A DNA stretch of 64,000 bases from a virus. The notes under the pieces are model-generated. The model ran no database searches and was not told the DNA's origin. It worked only from the letters and a program-made list of their open reading frames with translations. The DNA is taken from the IMG/VR virus record IMGVR_UViG_3300025853_000058, positions 12,277 through 76,276 of that record, one strand, 5' to 3'. Positions 37,601 through 46,371 of this stretch are shown piece after piece; position 1 is the stretch's first letter, and every line of letters begins with the position of its first letter. The position numbers were made by a program, and so were the translations under genes.

Positions 37601-37623
37601 CGCCGCAGGTGTACCCCAAATCG

Positions 37624-37664
37624 AAAAAAAAACCCCTTCCAGCCCGTTTGGGCCGGAAAGGGGG
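37624..37664 (-). terminator. hairpin plus T9 after the 37695 gene
   Basis: CCCCTTTCCGGCCC-AAAC-GGGCTGGAAGGGG-TTTTTTTTT. Confidence 0.7.
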
Positions 37665-37694
37665 CGACACCGGCGAAAGCATCAATCACTCAAT

Positions 37695-38210
37695 TCACTC
37701 GGAGTCGGAAACCTCCGAGTTGTCGGTCTTTGGGGCAGGAAGAGCCATTCCTGTGAGATTGTCGCTGTTAAGCAACCCGTCCCAACGGTTGTCCTTGATT
37801 GCGGCCATCAACTTTCTTTTGACGGAAGCCGCTTGGTCTGCGGCCCATGATTCAATTGAATCATAGTGGCCGATTGAGTCACCTCGCTGGCGAGGGTGCA
37901 TTACATCAAGAATGAGGTCTGCTTCACCAATTGAAGCAAAGGCATTCTCGATACGATTGATGACAGAATCCACACAGGCATTCATCTCCGCCGTGAGGCT
38001 GGATTGGATGCCTCGGCGAATCGGCGATTTTGGGAGTGTACCACACAATGAACGAACGGAAGCCCAAAACTTATCTCGGTCTTCATCGGTCGTCGCTGTC
38101 ATTCCTGCTTGAAGTGTTGCTTCGATAACCGGCCCAAGTGCGCCAGCATCATTATGTTCAAGCCAAGTTAAAATCTCGTTTGCTTTTGTTGCGTATTTTT
38201 GTTGTTCCAT
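37695..38210 (-). CDS. hypothetical protein, paralog of 36015-36491
   Basis: MEQQKY...PIRRGIQSS...RWDGLLNS; GGTGA SD. Confidence 0.7.
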   Translation of the reverse strand: MEQQKYATKANEILTWLEHNDAGALGPVIEATLQAGMTATTDEDRDKFWASVRSLCGTLPKSPIRRGIQSSLTAEMNACVDSVINRIENAFASIGEADLILDVMHPRQRGDSIGHYDSIESWAADQAASVKRKLMAAIKDNRWDGLLNSDNLTGMALPAPKTDNSEVSDSE

Positions 38211-38297
38211 GTTTTTTCACCTGTCCTATTCGTTTGTGAACGAATGAGTGATGCTTCGCCGGTGAAGCACTCCTATGGTTGTAATAGGACTATAAAT

Positions 38298-38341
38298 GGG
38301 GTTACCAAAGTACAACCATATGGTTTAACTTTGAATACCCC
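38298..38341. promoter_or_regulatory. full CCATATGG palindrome between divergent promoters, copy 2
   Basis: GGGGTTAC-CAAAGT-ACAA-CCATATGG-TTTA-ACTTTG-AATACCCC with TATA-like boxes on both sides. Confidence 0.7.
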
Positions 38342-38378
38342 GACTTTAACCCTATTGTAATTATATGATTGAACAGGA

Positions 38379-38603
38379 GTGAAACCTATGATAGAAGCCC
38401 TACAAAGATACCTAAGCCAAGCAATCAGCAACCTTCACATTATGAAGGCTGTTGAATTTGAATACGAAGATGAATACAACCCCGAACCGCCCATTTGGTA
38501 CACGGATGAGTATTCGATGGAATACTTCAAGATTGCCATGCAATTGGTCACTGATGAAGCATCTCGCCAATACCTTGAACACTACTACGGGGTGGAACAA
38601 TGA
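38379..38603 (+). CDS. small acidic hypothetical protein
   Basis: First ORF of a short + operon. Confidence 0.55.
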   Translation: MKPMIEALQRYLSQAISNLHIMKAVEFEYEDEYNPEPPIWYTDEYSMEYFKIAMQLVTDEASRQYLEHYYGVEQ

Positions 38604-38800
38604 GGACGAAGTATTCAATTAGTCACTTTGGCGTTGAATTGTCAATCTTTGAAAGATTGATTGAATTTCATCCCAAAGGTGAATACCGTGACTTAGGAGA
38701 CTCTTGCATTGTATTCAAACTTGACCATACAGATGAATTTCAAGAAAGTTGGTTCATTGAAGATGTTGATGTTAAGGCATGGCGAGGTGAAGAAGAATGA
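38600..38800 (+). CDS. small hypothetical protein
   Basis: ATGA-coupled; ends GEEE. Confidence 0.55.
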   Translation: MRTKYSISHFGVELSIFERLIEFHPKGEYRDLGDSCIVFKLDHTDEFQESWFIEDVDVKAWRGEEE

Positions 38801-38915
38801 AGGAATGGATAACATGCAAAAGCGGAGAATGCTCAACTTGGTTCAATGGTTCATCAGTGGCCTTTGTTGACTCTTGGAGGAAACTCCAAACATTCTGCAA
38901 ATGCGAGGTGAGCGA

Positions 38916-39128
38916 ATGACTAAAATTTGCGTTGAACATAACGGTGAATTTGACGATAACGACGGAAAGGACATTTGTAAGACTTGCGAAGATTGGTTGA
39001 GTGTGCCGGAGAAGTGTGCAATCTGCGAACTTGACGATTATCACGATTCGGAGCAATACATTTGCGATGATTGTTTTCGAGAGTTGGAGTCGTTGAAAGC
39101 CGACCAATTAGCATCGAGGTGGGATTGA
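38916..39128 (+). CDS. small zinc-finger protein
   Basis: MTKICVEH...CKTC...CAIC...CDDC after a GGTGA SD. Confidence 0.55.
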   Translation: MTKICVEHNGEFDDNDGKDICKTCEDWLSVPEKCAICELDDYHDSEQYICDDCFRELESLKADQLASRWD

Positions 39129-39129
39129 A

Positions 39130-39348
39130 ATGGATTTTGGAACAGCAAAAGCATGGAAACAAATTAATTTGGCTCATGGTGAACACAAATACGAAAAGGT
39201 GTGGGTTGGAGGCCAGCGCACTGATGATGCAATGATTATGTTTAGCGACTCCTATGGGGACATTTTGGTTGAAATCGTGTTCACTAACACAAGGGGTCCA
39301 AAATTCTTCACGATACCAATTGTGCATCAATTGATTGAGTTGGTTTGA
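39130..39348 (+). CDS. hypothetical protein
   Basis: Last ORF before the + terminator. Confidence 0.55.
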   Translation: MDFGTAKAWKQINLAHGEHKYEKVWVGGQRTDDAMIMFSDSYGDILVEIVFTNTRGPKFFTIPIVHQLIELV

Positions 39349-39376
39349 GTTGGTTTAGGGCGTTTGATTGGGTAAT

Positions 39377-39411
39377 GGGGGTGGGGCTACGGCTCCGCCC
39401 CTATTTTTTTT
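39377..39411 (+). terminator. hairpin plus T-tract
   Basis: GGGGGTGGGGC-TACG-GCTCCGCCCC-TATTTTTTTT. Confidence 0.7.
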
Positions 39412-39434
39412 ACTGTTTCGAGGTTCATAAATAC

Positions 39435-39471
39435 CCAAAGTTGAACCATATGGTTGTAATACGGGGCTTTG
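39435..39471. promoter_or_regulatory. CCATATGG element, copy 3
   Basis: CCAAAGTTGAA-CCATATGG-TTGTAATACGGGGCTTTG, between convergent terminators. Confidence 0.55.
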
Positions 39472-39503
39472 CTGACATTCTTTACAAACTCAAAAAATGA
39501 CAT

Positions 39504-39542
39504 AAAAAAAGACCCACACCCCGCCGAGGCGGGATGCAGGTC
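39504..39542 (-). terminator. hairpin plus T7 after the 39591 gene
   Basis: GACC...CCCGC-CTCG-GCGGG...GGTC-TTTTTTT. Confidence 0.55.
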
Positions 39543-39590
39543 GGCTCTCGACCCCGCAGGGTCGTGTTTTCGTCAATTCGTCGAATTGAT

Positions 39591-39857
39591 TCACCAAGAG
39601 GTGTTCAACCGAGTCGTTTCGATGATGTATCGAGGGTTGGCGACGGATTCAACTGCTTCGTTGAATTTATCTTTGTTTTTGCCACGAACGGTTCCGGTCA
39701 TCTTTTGAACGGTTCTCATGATTTGGCGAACATGGGCCTTCATCATTCGATTGACTTCCTTTTGCGCTCCACTACGATTTTGGTAGGGGGTGGTTGAACA
39801 GTAGGCATCTTTGTTTTGTGTGTCAATTATCGTGTAAATTTCTCTCATCGGTTTCAC
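39591..39857 (-). CDS. small basic hypothetical protein
   Basis: Monocistronic unit with promoter element and terminator. Confidence 0.6.
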   Translation of the reverse strand: MKPMREIYTIIDTQNKDAYCSTTPYQNRSGAQKEVNRMMKAHVRQIMRTVQKMTGTVRGKNKDKFNEAVESVANPRYIIETTRLNTSW

Positions 39858-39890
39858 TCCAACACTATGACAACAATACGGTTAAGTATT

Positions 39891-40260
39891 GGGGTTATCA
39901 AAGCATACCATATGGTTGTGGAATAGATTATCTATATAGTTCTATGTAATGGAGTATATTAGCATTTGTTTTGATTATAATTCATTGATTCTATTGAAGT
40001 TTATCCTCTTCGTTTGGATAGTTTTGACTCATATTGAGTCTATTGCTATTTATATTTAGATAAACTATAGTATCTATATATATCTATGATATTGAGTCTA
40101 TTGTCATATACTCCATCTACAACCATATGGCTTTGCATAAATTTTTTATTTTTAATTAAGTTAATTGTTTTAGTTAATTTAATGCTTATTTAATGATAAT
40201 AACTATCAATTAGAGTTAATTGAACCATTAATACTAGCATAGATTAACTTGTAGCCCTCA
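39891..40260. other. AT-rich non-coding segment containing inverted CCATATGG copies 4 and 5; candidate replication origin or control region
   Basis: Copies at 39891-39918 and 40118-40135; ATATTGAGTCTATTG direct repeat at ~40031 and ~40089; located at the coding-strand switch. Confidence 0.45.
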
Positions 40261-40311
40261 AAAACGATACACTTAATACCTCACAGCAATAGCAATAGGC
40301 AGGGGAGTCCT

Positions 40312-40536
40312 ATGAGTAGTGAAGATAGTGTATTAGAACAACTATCGTCCATTGTTGAATCTATTAACCCTATACTCGAAGATATACGAGCAAACTCATC
40401 AAAGCGTAATATACAGACTACTGAAGAGAATAAGGTTATATTGAGAGAAATAGCATACAAACTACGGTTATTAAAGAATGATGTTATTACTATCATGCAC
40501 CCTAATAAAACAACACAAACAAAACTATTCAATTAA
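40312..40536 (+). CDS. hypothetical protein with PIP-box-like C-terminus (QTKLFN)
   Basis: GGGGAG SD; ORF. Confidence 0.5.
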   Translation: MSSEDSVLEQLSSIVESINPILEDIRANSSKRNIQTTEENKVILREIAYKLRLLKNDVITIMHPNKTTQTKLFN

Positions 40537-40667
40537 GTATTATTAAAATAACTATTTTTAAACTGGGAATAGATAATAAAACAATTAAAAAAAAACGCTA
40601 GTCCCACAAAAATTCCGCCACAATTTTTCAAAAACGACTTTTCATTAAATTTAATAGGGGATATAGC

Positions 40668-40919
40668 ATGAGTTGGAAAGATATACTTAAAGATGAAGGA
40701 AAAAGATATAGAACTCTTAATTCAGCCGAAACTCCTGACCCTGATGAAAAAGATAGATTTGAAATTGATGAAGGGGATTTTTGTATTAACTGTGGTAATG
40801 AATTAAAAGAAGATGAAGGATTTACTAATACTAGACTTGGGCGAAAGTATGATGATATTTGTGATGCTTGTAAGCGTCTTTCCCCACATGACCCAAATTC
40901 GCCTTATCACGGGAGTTGA
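40668..40919 (+). CDS. WxxILK-leader protein with zinc finger
   Basis: MSWKDILK; CINC...CDAC. Confidence 0.7.
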   Translation: MSWKDILKDEGKRYRTLNSAETPDPDEKDRFEIDEGDFCINCGNELKEDEGFTNTRLGRKYDDICDACKRLSPHDPNSPYHGS

Positions 40920-40924
40920 GCAAT

Positions 40925-41185
40925 ATGACTTGGCAAAACATACTAAAAGAACTTACCCCTAAGCAGAAGAAATTAGACCGTAATAAAAACGGTGAAATTG
41001 ATGGTGAGGACTTTGCCATGCTTAGAGAAGAAGGGGTTAATAAAGAAATGAAAACATTCGAGAAGGATAAGAACGAGGCTGCATCAGCAGCAAGTTTGTC
41101 CGATTTAAAGGAGCAATTAAAAGATGCTCCTAAATACATTAAGACAGCATTAAACGAAATTGAAAGATATTTACAAGGTGAATGA
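40925..41185 (+). CDS. WxxILK-leader protein with EF-hand-like loop
   Basis: MTWQNILK; DRNKNGEIDGEDF. Confidence 0.7.
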   Translation: MTWQNILKELTPKQKKLDRNKNGEIDGEDFAMLREEGVNKEMKTFEKDKNEAASAASLSDLKEQLKDAPKYIKTALNEIERYLQGE

Positions 41186-41186
41186 T

Positions 41187-41504
41187 ATGACTTGGGATTA
41201 TTACAACGAAGATACAGTAGAAAAAGGAATGAAAGATAAAGTAAAGGCATTAATCAAAAGAATGAAAGATGCTTCCTTTAAGAGAAAAATGAAGAAGTTC
41301 TTAAGAAATAATTTAATTGTAGATTATAAGGGTGAGGGCTATAAGCACCCCGAAGGATATGTATTTAATAGAACTACTGATAGAGAACAGTCACTAACAG
41401 AAGCAAAGCAACTTCTTTTAAAAATAGTAGAAGAATCATGGGATGAAACTTTTCCTGAAAGGAAAGTAGTCCAGCCCTATGATGATTCCGGCGGAGAACT
41501 CTAA
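41187..41504 (+). CDS. MTW-leader hypothetical protein
   Basis: MTWDYYNEDTVEKG. Confidence 0.6.
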   Translation: MTWDYYNEDTVEKGMKDKVKALIKRMKDASFKRKMKKFLRNNLIVDYKGEGYKHPEGYVFNRTTDREQSLTEAKQLLLKIVEESWDETFPERKVVQPYDDSGGEL

Positions 41505-41517
41505 GGAAGTGAATGAT

Positions 41518-41952
41518 ATGACTTGGGAAGATATATTAAAAGTTAAAGACATGAATACCGGCGAAATGCTAAAGGTTGATATTGCAGAATTTGTTGCTGA
41601 ATTAAAGTCTAATTTAAAAGATGCAGCGTTAGGATTTGAAGGATTAGTTGAATCTGGTAGAAAAGCCAGATTTGAAGTAAGAAAGGTTAATGGTAGTCAA
41701 ACAAGACCACGACTTGACAATGATGTTGGTTGTGGTGTTAGGATTATTGCAAGAAACTTAGGTGAAGAATTGATTAGGTATGATATACAAATTCGATTTG
41801 ACCCTAGAGATACAACCAAAGGTACTGTTGCATTAGTTAATGGTAATGAACTTAAATTGCTTATGAATGATGAAGTTAATGGAACCGGTGGTTTAACAAA
41901 CAGAATTAAAGAAGCCATTAAGGATTCAGTAAATAAAAGCCGGAGAGTTTAA
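41518..41952 (+). CDS. WxxILK-leader protein
   Basis: MTWEDILK. Confidence 0.7.
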   Translation: MTWEDILKVKDMNTGEMLKVDIAEFVAELKSNLKDAALGFEGLVESGRKARFEVRKVNGSQTRPRLDNDVGCGVRIIARNLGEELIRYDIQIRFDPRDTTKGTVALVNGNELKLLMNDEVNGTGGLTNRIKEAIKDSVNKSRRV

Positions 41953-41953
41953 T

Positions 41954-42655
41954 ATGACTTGGGAAGATATACTAAAAGCAGACTTCTCTTTTAGAGATGT
42001 AATTAAAAATTCAAGAGGCGTATATGCTGGTATTTTTGACCGTATTCAAATGACACCCGACCTTAGCAAATTAGGCGGTGCGGTTTTAGGAGATGCTCTT
42101 AAAGTGCTTGAAGATATTGAAGGTATGACTGTCGCTGATAAAAGAAAAGCGGCTGAAGTTGTTTTAATAGAACCTATGCTCATAGGTCTTGATATGATGA
42201 ATGACCCTTCAATGGATAAAGAACTTGACAATTTGATGGAAATGAGAGTGACACAAATAGTTGAAGATAAAGATAGTGAAGAAGAAGATGAAGCATTATC
42301 TCCAGAACAAATAGATACTATTCAACAAATTGCTGATAAATCAGTAAATGCTGTTCGTGATGAAATGAAAGCATCTATTGATGAAACTCTTAGCAAAAAA
42401 TTTGGAGAAGAATTACTTGGGGCCGAGAAACAAGAAGTGATGCAAGGTCTTACGGAAATAGTTTCAAGTAAAGAATTTGTAGGATATATCGCAGTATTGT
42501 TAAACGCTTTAATTATTAAAGTTGCTAACGAGTCAAGAGAAAAGGCAAAGGAATCGGATGATGAAGTTGAAGTTAATCCTGATGAAGACTTCCCACCATC
42601 TTTCTATGAAAGAGAAAGTACAATGAAATCTTGGTTTGATAGTGTTAAGCGGTGA
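41954..42655 (+). CDS. WxxILK-leader acidic helical protein
   Basis: MTWEDILK; second motif-like copy at the C-terminus (KSWFDSVK). Confidence 0.7.
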   Translation: MTWEDILKADFSFRDVIKNSRGVYAGIFDRIQMTPDLSKLGGAVLGDALKVLEDIEGMTVADKRKAAEVVLIEPMLIGLDMMNDPSMDKELDNLMEMRVTQIVEDKDSEEEDEALSPEQIDTIQQIADKSVNAVRDEMKASIDETLSKKFGEELLGAEKQEVMQGLTEIVSSKEFVGYIAVLLNALIIKVANESREKAKESDDEVEVNPDEDFPPSFYERESTMKSWFDSVKR

Positions 42656-43350
42656 TTTCCTTGTGGTGGGAGATTCTTAAAAATGCTAAGATTAGTGGTA
42701 AAGCCACTGGTCAAGGCAAATCTTTGGATGCTTCTAAAATTAAAATCAATATAGATAAAGAAGATTGCAATAAGAAATTAAAGGAACTTCAAAGGTTCTT
42801 AAAGTCTTATGGTACAAAAATTGAATCTGTGTTAAAAAGAACAATAGAAAAAATTAACAAGGATAACCCCCCAACAAATAAAGAAACTAAAGAGGATAAT
42901 ATTTCTGGAACCGCCCCTCTAAGATTTCATAAAGAGGTGGGGGAACATTATAAGGGAATGGTAGAATACAGAATTGCAACAAGAATTAATCGAAGTACTT
43001 TGCGTATTTTGGTATATTATGAATATAAGCCTATACCTGAAGAAATGGCTTGTAAATTAATAGACCTGTACAATTCGCCAGAATCAGATGATTTGAATAT
43101 GAATTCAGATTATGAAAATGACCCCCACTTACACGCTCATCGTAAAAAAGGTAATTCAAGATTAAAGTATGATGCGCCTAGAGTGTTTTTGTCTGCCGGA
43201 GCATACTTTCCAGCAATACTGAAATTAGGTGTTGAAATGAGTAATGGATATTTTTCAAATTATGATAATCAAGATGAACATCTTAAAGAAATATATGATG
43301 CTATTCGACTATTAGATGCTAGTAATAAGATTGAGGCTATTCTTAGGTGA
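42652..43350 (+). CDS. DASKIKINID-family variable protein 1
   Basis: WWEILKNAKISGK...DASKIKINID..DC. Confidence 0.75.
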   Translation: MISLWWEILKNAKISGKATGQGKSLDASKIKINIDKEDCNKKLKELQRFLKSYGTKIESVLKRTIEKINKDNPPTNKETKEDNISGTAPLRFHKEVGEHYKGMVEYRIATRINRSTLRILVYYEYKPIPEEMACKLIDLYNSPESDDLNMNSDYENDPHLHAHRKKGNSRLKYDAPRVFLSAGAYFPAILKLGVEMSNGYFSNYDNQDEHLKEIYDAIRLLDASNKIEAILR

Positions 43351-43841
43351 TTTACTTGTGGTGGGAGATTCTTAAGAATGCCAAGTTGTCTGGAAAGGCA
43401 AAAGGTAAATCTTTTGATGCTTCTAAAATTAAGATTAATATTGATAAAAATGATTGTAAGGAAAGATTAAGAAAACTAATTTGGTTTAATACAACAGAAC
43501 CAGCACCTAATAAATGGTTTCAATCAGTTGGTAAAGCACCCTCACAGGGAAGTTATATGGTTAACACTCCATCATTTAATAAAATTCCTGAAAAAACAGC
43601 CTGCAATATATTACAAGCAATGAAATCCATTGATTTAAATAATATAGAAGATAGTGAATTTGTAAGACAAGGGGAAGTATTACATAAAGATTTTAATGTA
43701 GGGGAAGGTTATGCGGTACATCTTGAAGTAGATGAAGAAGATAATGTTATTAGGTATTTCATTGGAGAAATTGGAATTACAGATGCCGCTTGGATTATGT
43801 TTTCTTTTTCCGACATTAAAAAATGGATGGCTGCATTATGA
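43347..43841 (+). CDS. DASKIKINID-family variable protein 2
   Basis: WWEILKNAKLSGKAKGKSFDASKIKINID. Confidence 0.75.
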   Translation: MIYLWWEILKNAKLSGKAKGKSFDASKIKINIDKNDCKERLRKLIWFNTTEPAPNKWFQSVGKAPSQGSYMVNTPSFNKIPEKTACNILQAMKSIDLNNIEDSEFVRQGEVLHKDFNVGEGYAVHLEVDEEDNVIRYFIGEIGITDAAWIMFSFSDIKKWMAAL

Positions 43842-44515
43842 ATTGGTGGGACATACTCAAGAACGCCAAACTTAGCGGTAAGGCTAAGGGTAAAGGTACT
43901 TCTTTCGATGCTTCTAAGATTAAGATTAATATTGATGAAGATGATAAATGTAATAAGAAACTTCAAGAGTGGGCAAATAAATTAAAGAATTATACTTTGT
44001 TAATGGAAATGCGCTTTAAAAGAATGAAACTTCTTCAAAAACATTTTGAAATTGTGGAAGACACATCTTCATCCTTGAAAGGAGTTGAATTAAAACAAAA
44101 AAAGACTAGTCAAAAATATATCTATGAAGGTATAATGGTGGGCTTACATGAGAGTGTTAGGTTTCTCTACAATCCTGTACCTGAAGAGGTCGCTTGTAAA
44201 GCAATTGATATGCTTAAAAAATCTACAACAATTGATGACTACGATGTAGACAATAGTTCGATTGATGCTAAAGGATTGCCTTATTTAATTAGTGTAGTAA
44301 ATAGGCAGACATATGCAAGCAATCTGTGTGGATTGTCTATTAGTGTTCAAGGAAAGATATTAGTTTCGCTTTCTTGGAGTAATGGAAAAAATCTTGTTAC
44401 TGGAACTAATGAATTTAATAGGGACTTAAAGAGTGATAGTGATAAGAATAAGAATGTCTATCATTTATCTGGATATTATGAAGCAGGGAAATTTGGATAT
44501 AGTTGGTGGAAGTAA
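43838..44515 (+). CDS. DASKIKINID-family variable protein 3
   Basis: MNWWDILKNAKLSGKAKGKGTSFDASKIKINID. Confidence 0.75.
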   Translation: MNWWDILKNAKLSGKAKGKGTSFDASKIKINIDEDDKCNKKLQEWANKLKNYTLLMEMRFKRMKLLQKHFEIVEDTSSSLKGVELKQKKTSQKYIYEGIMVGLHESVRFLYNPVPEEVACKAIDMLKKSTTIDDYDVDNSSIDAKGLPYLISVVNRQTYASNLCGLSISVQGKILVSLSWSNGKNLVTGTNEFNRDLKSDSDKNKNVYHLSGYYEAGKFGYSWWK

Positions 44516-45096
44516 TGTGGTGGGATATTCTTAAAGCCGCCAAGGTTAGCGGTAAAGCGAAGGGGAAGGGAACTTCATTTGATGCCTCCAAGATTAAGAT
44601 TAACATAGATAAACCCGATGATTGCATAAAAAGAATGAAAGATATATTAGAAGGGACTTATGCTAATTTTCTTGATAATAGAATCGAAATTTATGATGAT
44701 TTATTCTCGTTTGAACCTACGGAACTTAAAAAACGAATATATAAGTTCATAGAGGATGCAGGGGAATCTACTATTTGTAAGATTCTTCGGTTTATAGATA
44801 GTTATGATTTGGAAGGCGGTTTGAAAAAATATTTAGACATGAGCCAAGATGAATTGAAAAAGGTGAGTGAAGGTGATGGCAAGTGGCAAGAAACATCTAT
44901 TAAAAAGGAAAAAATAGATGGCTACGATGTTGAAATTAATCTTACGGCAGGGATGAATGTAAGTAGAAGTATTGATATTAGTTTTAATTGTACAATTAAC
45001 AATTCAATGGCCCGTGAAGCGCTTATTTTTAACCAATGGGCTACAATGAAACTAAATCCTAATAGAATGTTGACTAATAATGATTGGAGGAAATGA
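44515..45096 (+). CDS. DASKIKINID-family variable protein 4
   Basis: MWWDILKAAKVSGKAKGKGTSFDASKIKINID. Confidence 0.75.
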   Translation: MWWDILKAAKVSGKAKGKGTSFDASKIKINIDKPDDCIKRMKDILEGTYANFLDNRIEIYDDLFSFEPTELKKRIYKFIEDAGESTICKILRFIDSYDLEGGLKKYLDMSQDELKKVSEGDGKWQETSIKKEKIDGYDVEINLTAGMNVSRSIDISFNCTINNSMAREALIFNQWATMKLNPNRMLTNNDWRK

Positions 45097-45097
45097 T

Positions 45098-45262
45098 ATG
45101 AAATGGTGGAATATAATTAAAGGCTCATGTTGCGATGCTTGCGGCAACTTGAATAAGGAGAGCGGGGGTGTAGCGTTTGGTGGTCATGGCAACGACCCAT
45201 CCAAGTTCAACATAAAGTACGGAGGTGACAAAGATGCCGAAGACGAAGAAAGCGACGATTAA
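45098..45262 (+). CDS. small WxxIIK-leader protein
   Basis: MKWWNIIKGSCCDAC. Confidence 0.6.
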   Translation: MKWWNIIKGSCCDACGNLNKESGGVAFGGHGNDPSKFNIKYGGDKDAEDEESDD

Positions 45263-46370
45263 CCTTAATGGTAGTAGTATTGAAATAGATGAATATAACT
45301 TTAAAAAGGACTACTTAATATGGAAAAAACAGTGTGAATCTGTTAGTAGCGAAGTTATGGCTAGCACCGGTAGTCCTCACATGAGAGGCGCATCTAAAAG
45401 AGGAAAATATCCTAAAAATTTATATCTTCAAATGAAAGCCCATGTTGTAAAGTATTTAAGGTCAACTTCTAAAAATCCGGGAAATACCGGAACTTCTACA
45501 GTAATTGACCAGATAGATGAAAGCATTTTAAATGTAGAAGTTTATACTCTTAAGCAACTAGATTTTCTAGAAGATTTATCTGTGGAGTTAGATGAAATAT
45601 TAGATGTTGACAACATAAATCCCAGAAATACTTTATTTACTAGTATGAAGGGAGCAAAGCGTGGAGAAAAAATAAAATCTAAAGATGGCGAATCTGTTAG
45701 AGCCAAGTATAAAATGGAAGGTGGTGAAGAAGTACCCATTTATGGTCATTACCGTGACCCTTACTTTGAATTGAAATATGGGGAACCTGAAAAGAAAGGC
45801 TGGTGGTCTTATGAAAAAAATACTGCTAATCCACCATTAGCACAGGCTATTTATGGTAGCGGTGGTAAAGGAGAAAGTGTAGGAATCACCAAAGGGCTTG
45901 TTCAAATTTTAGAAGAAGCCTTAGAAGAAATACCTAAAAAGGGAAGCAACATAAACTTATCAGTTCAAAGAAAGTCGGGTTCTTTAGCGGCAATACCATC
46001 CGTTAGAAAAGCAGTATTTTCTTTATTAGGTCGTGCTGATTTATTTTCAGGAGGAAAACCTAAACTAAAGCAAATGTCTTCTATATTACAAGGCATGGAT
46101 TTTGTTGTGGGTGATAAATCTTACGGCAGAAGAACTGCTAGTCCTTCTAATATCGTGACTTATGTTGGTAATTTACCAAAATTAGCAGGACCGGTAGATA
46201 CCTTTAGACTTAATAGATTCGGTGCAACTGCTATGGCTTCTTTAATTTTGGCTGTTATAGGAAAGAAAACCTATCGCCTAAAAAATAATAACTACTTGGA
46301 TATTAAAGGAAAAACTATTGTACCTAAAGAAGTAAAGAAGTCTTGGTCGGAAATGCTTTGGAGAGATTGA
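45225..46370 (+). CDS. basic hypothetical protein (possible virion protein)
   Basis: 381-aa ORF; C-terminal KSWSEML motif-like copy. Confidence 0.6.
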   Translation: MTKMPKTKKATINLNGSSIEIDEYNFKKDYLIWKKQCESVSSEVMASTGSPHMRGASKRGKYPKNLYLQMKAHVVKYLRSTSKNPGNTGTSTVIDQIDESILNVEVYTLKQLDFLEDLSVELDEILDVDNINPRNTLFTSMKGAKRGEKIKSKDGESVRAKYKMEGGEEVPIYGHYRDPYFELKYGEPEKKGWWSYEKNTANPPLAQAIYGSGGKGESVGITKGLVQILEEALEEIPKKGSNINLSVQRKSGSLAAIPSVRKAVFSLLGRADLFSGGKPKLKQMSSILQGMDFVVGDKSYGRRTASPSNIVTYVGNLPKLAGPVDTFRLNRFGATAMASLILAVIGKKTYRLKNNNYLDIKGKTIVPKEVKKSWSEMLWRD

Positions 46371-46371
46371 T

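Noticed and set aside
42652-45096. Diversity-generating retroelement
   Set aside because: No reverse transcriptase in the window and no TR/VR pair differing only at adenines.
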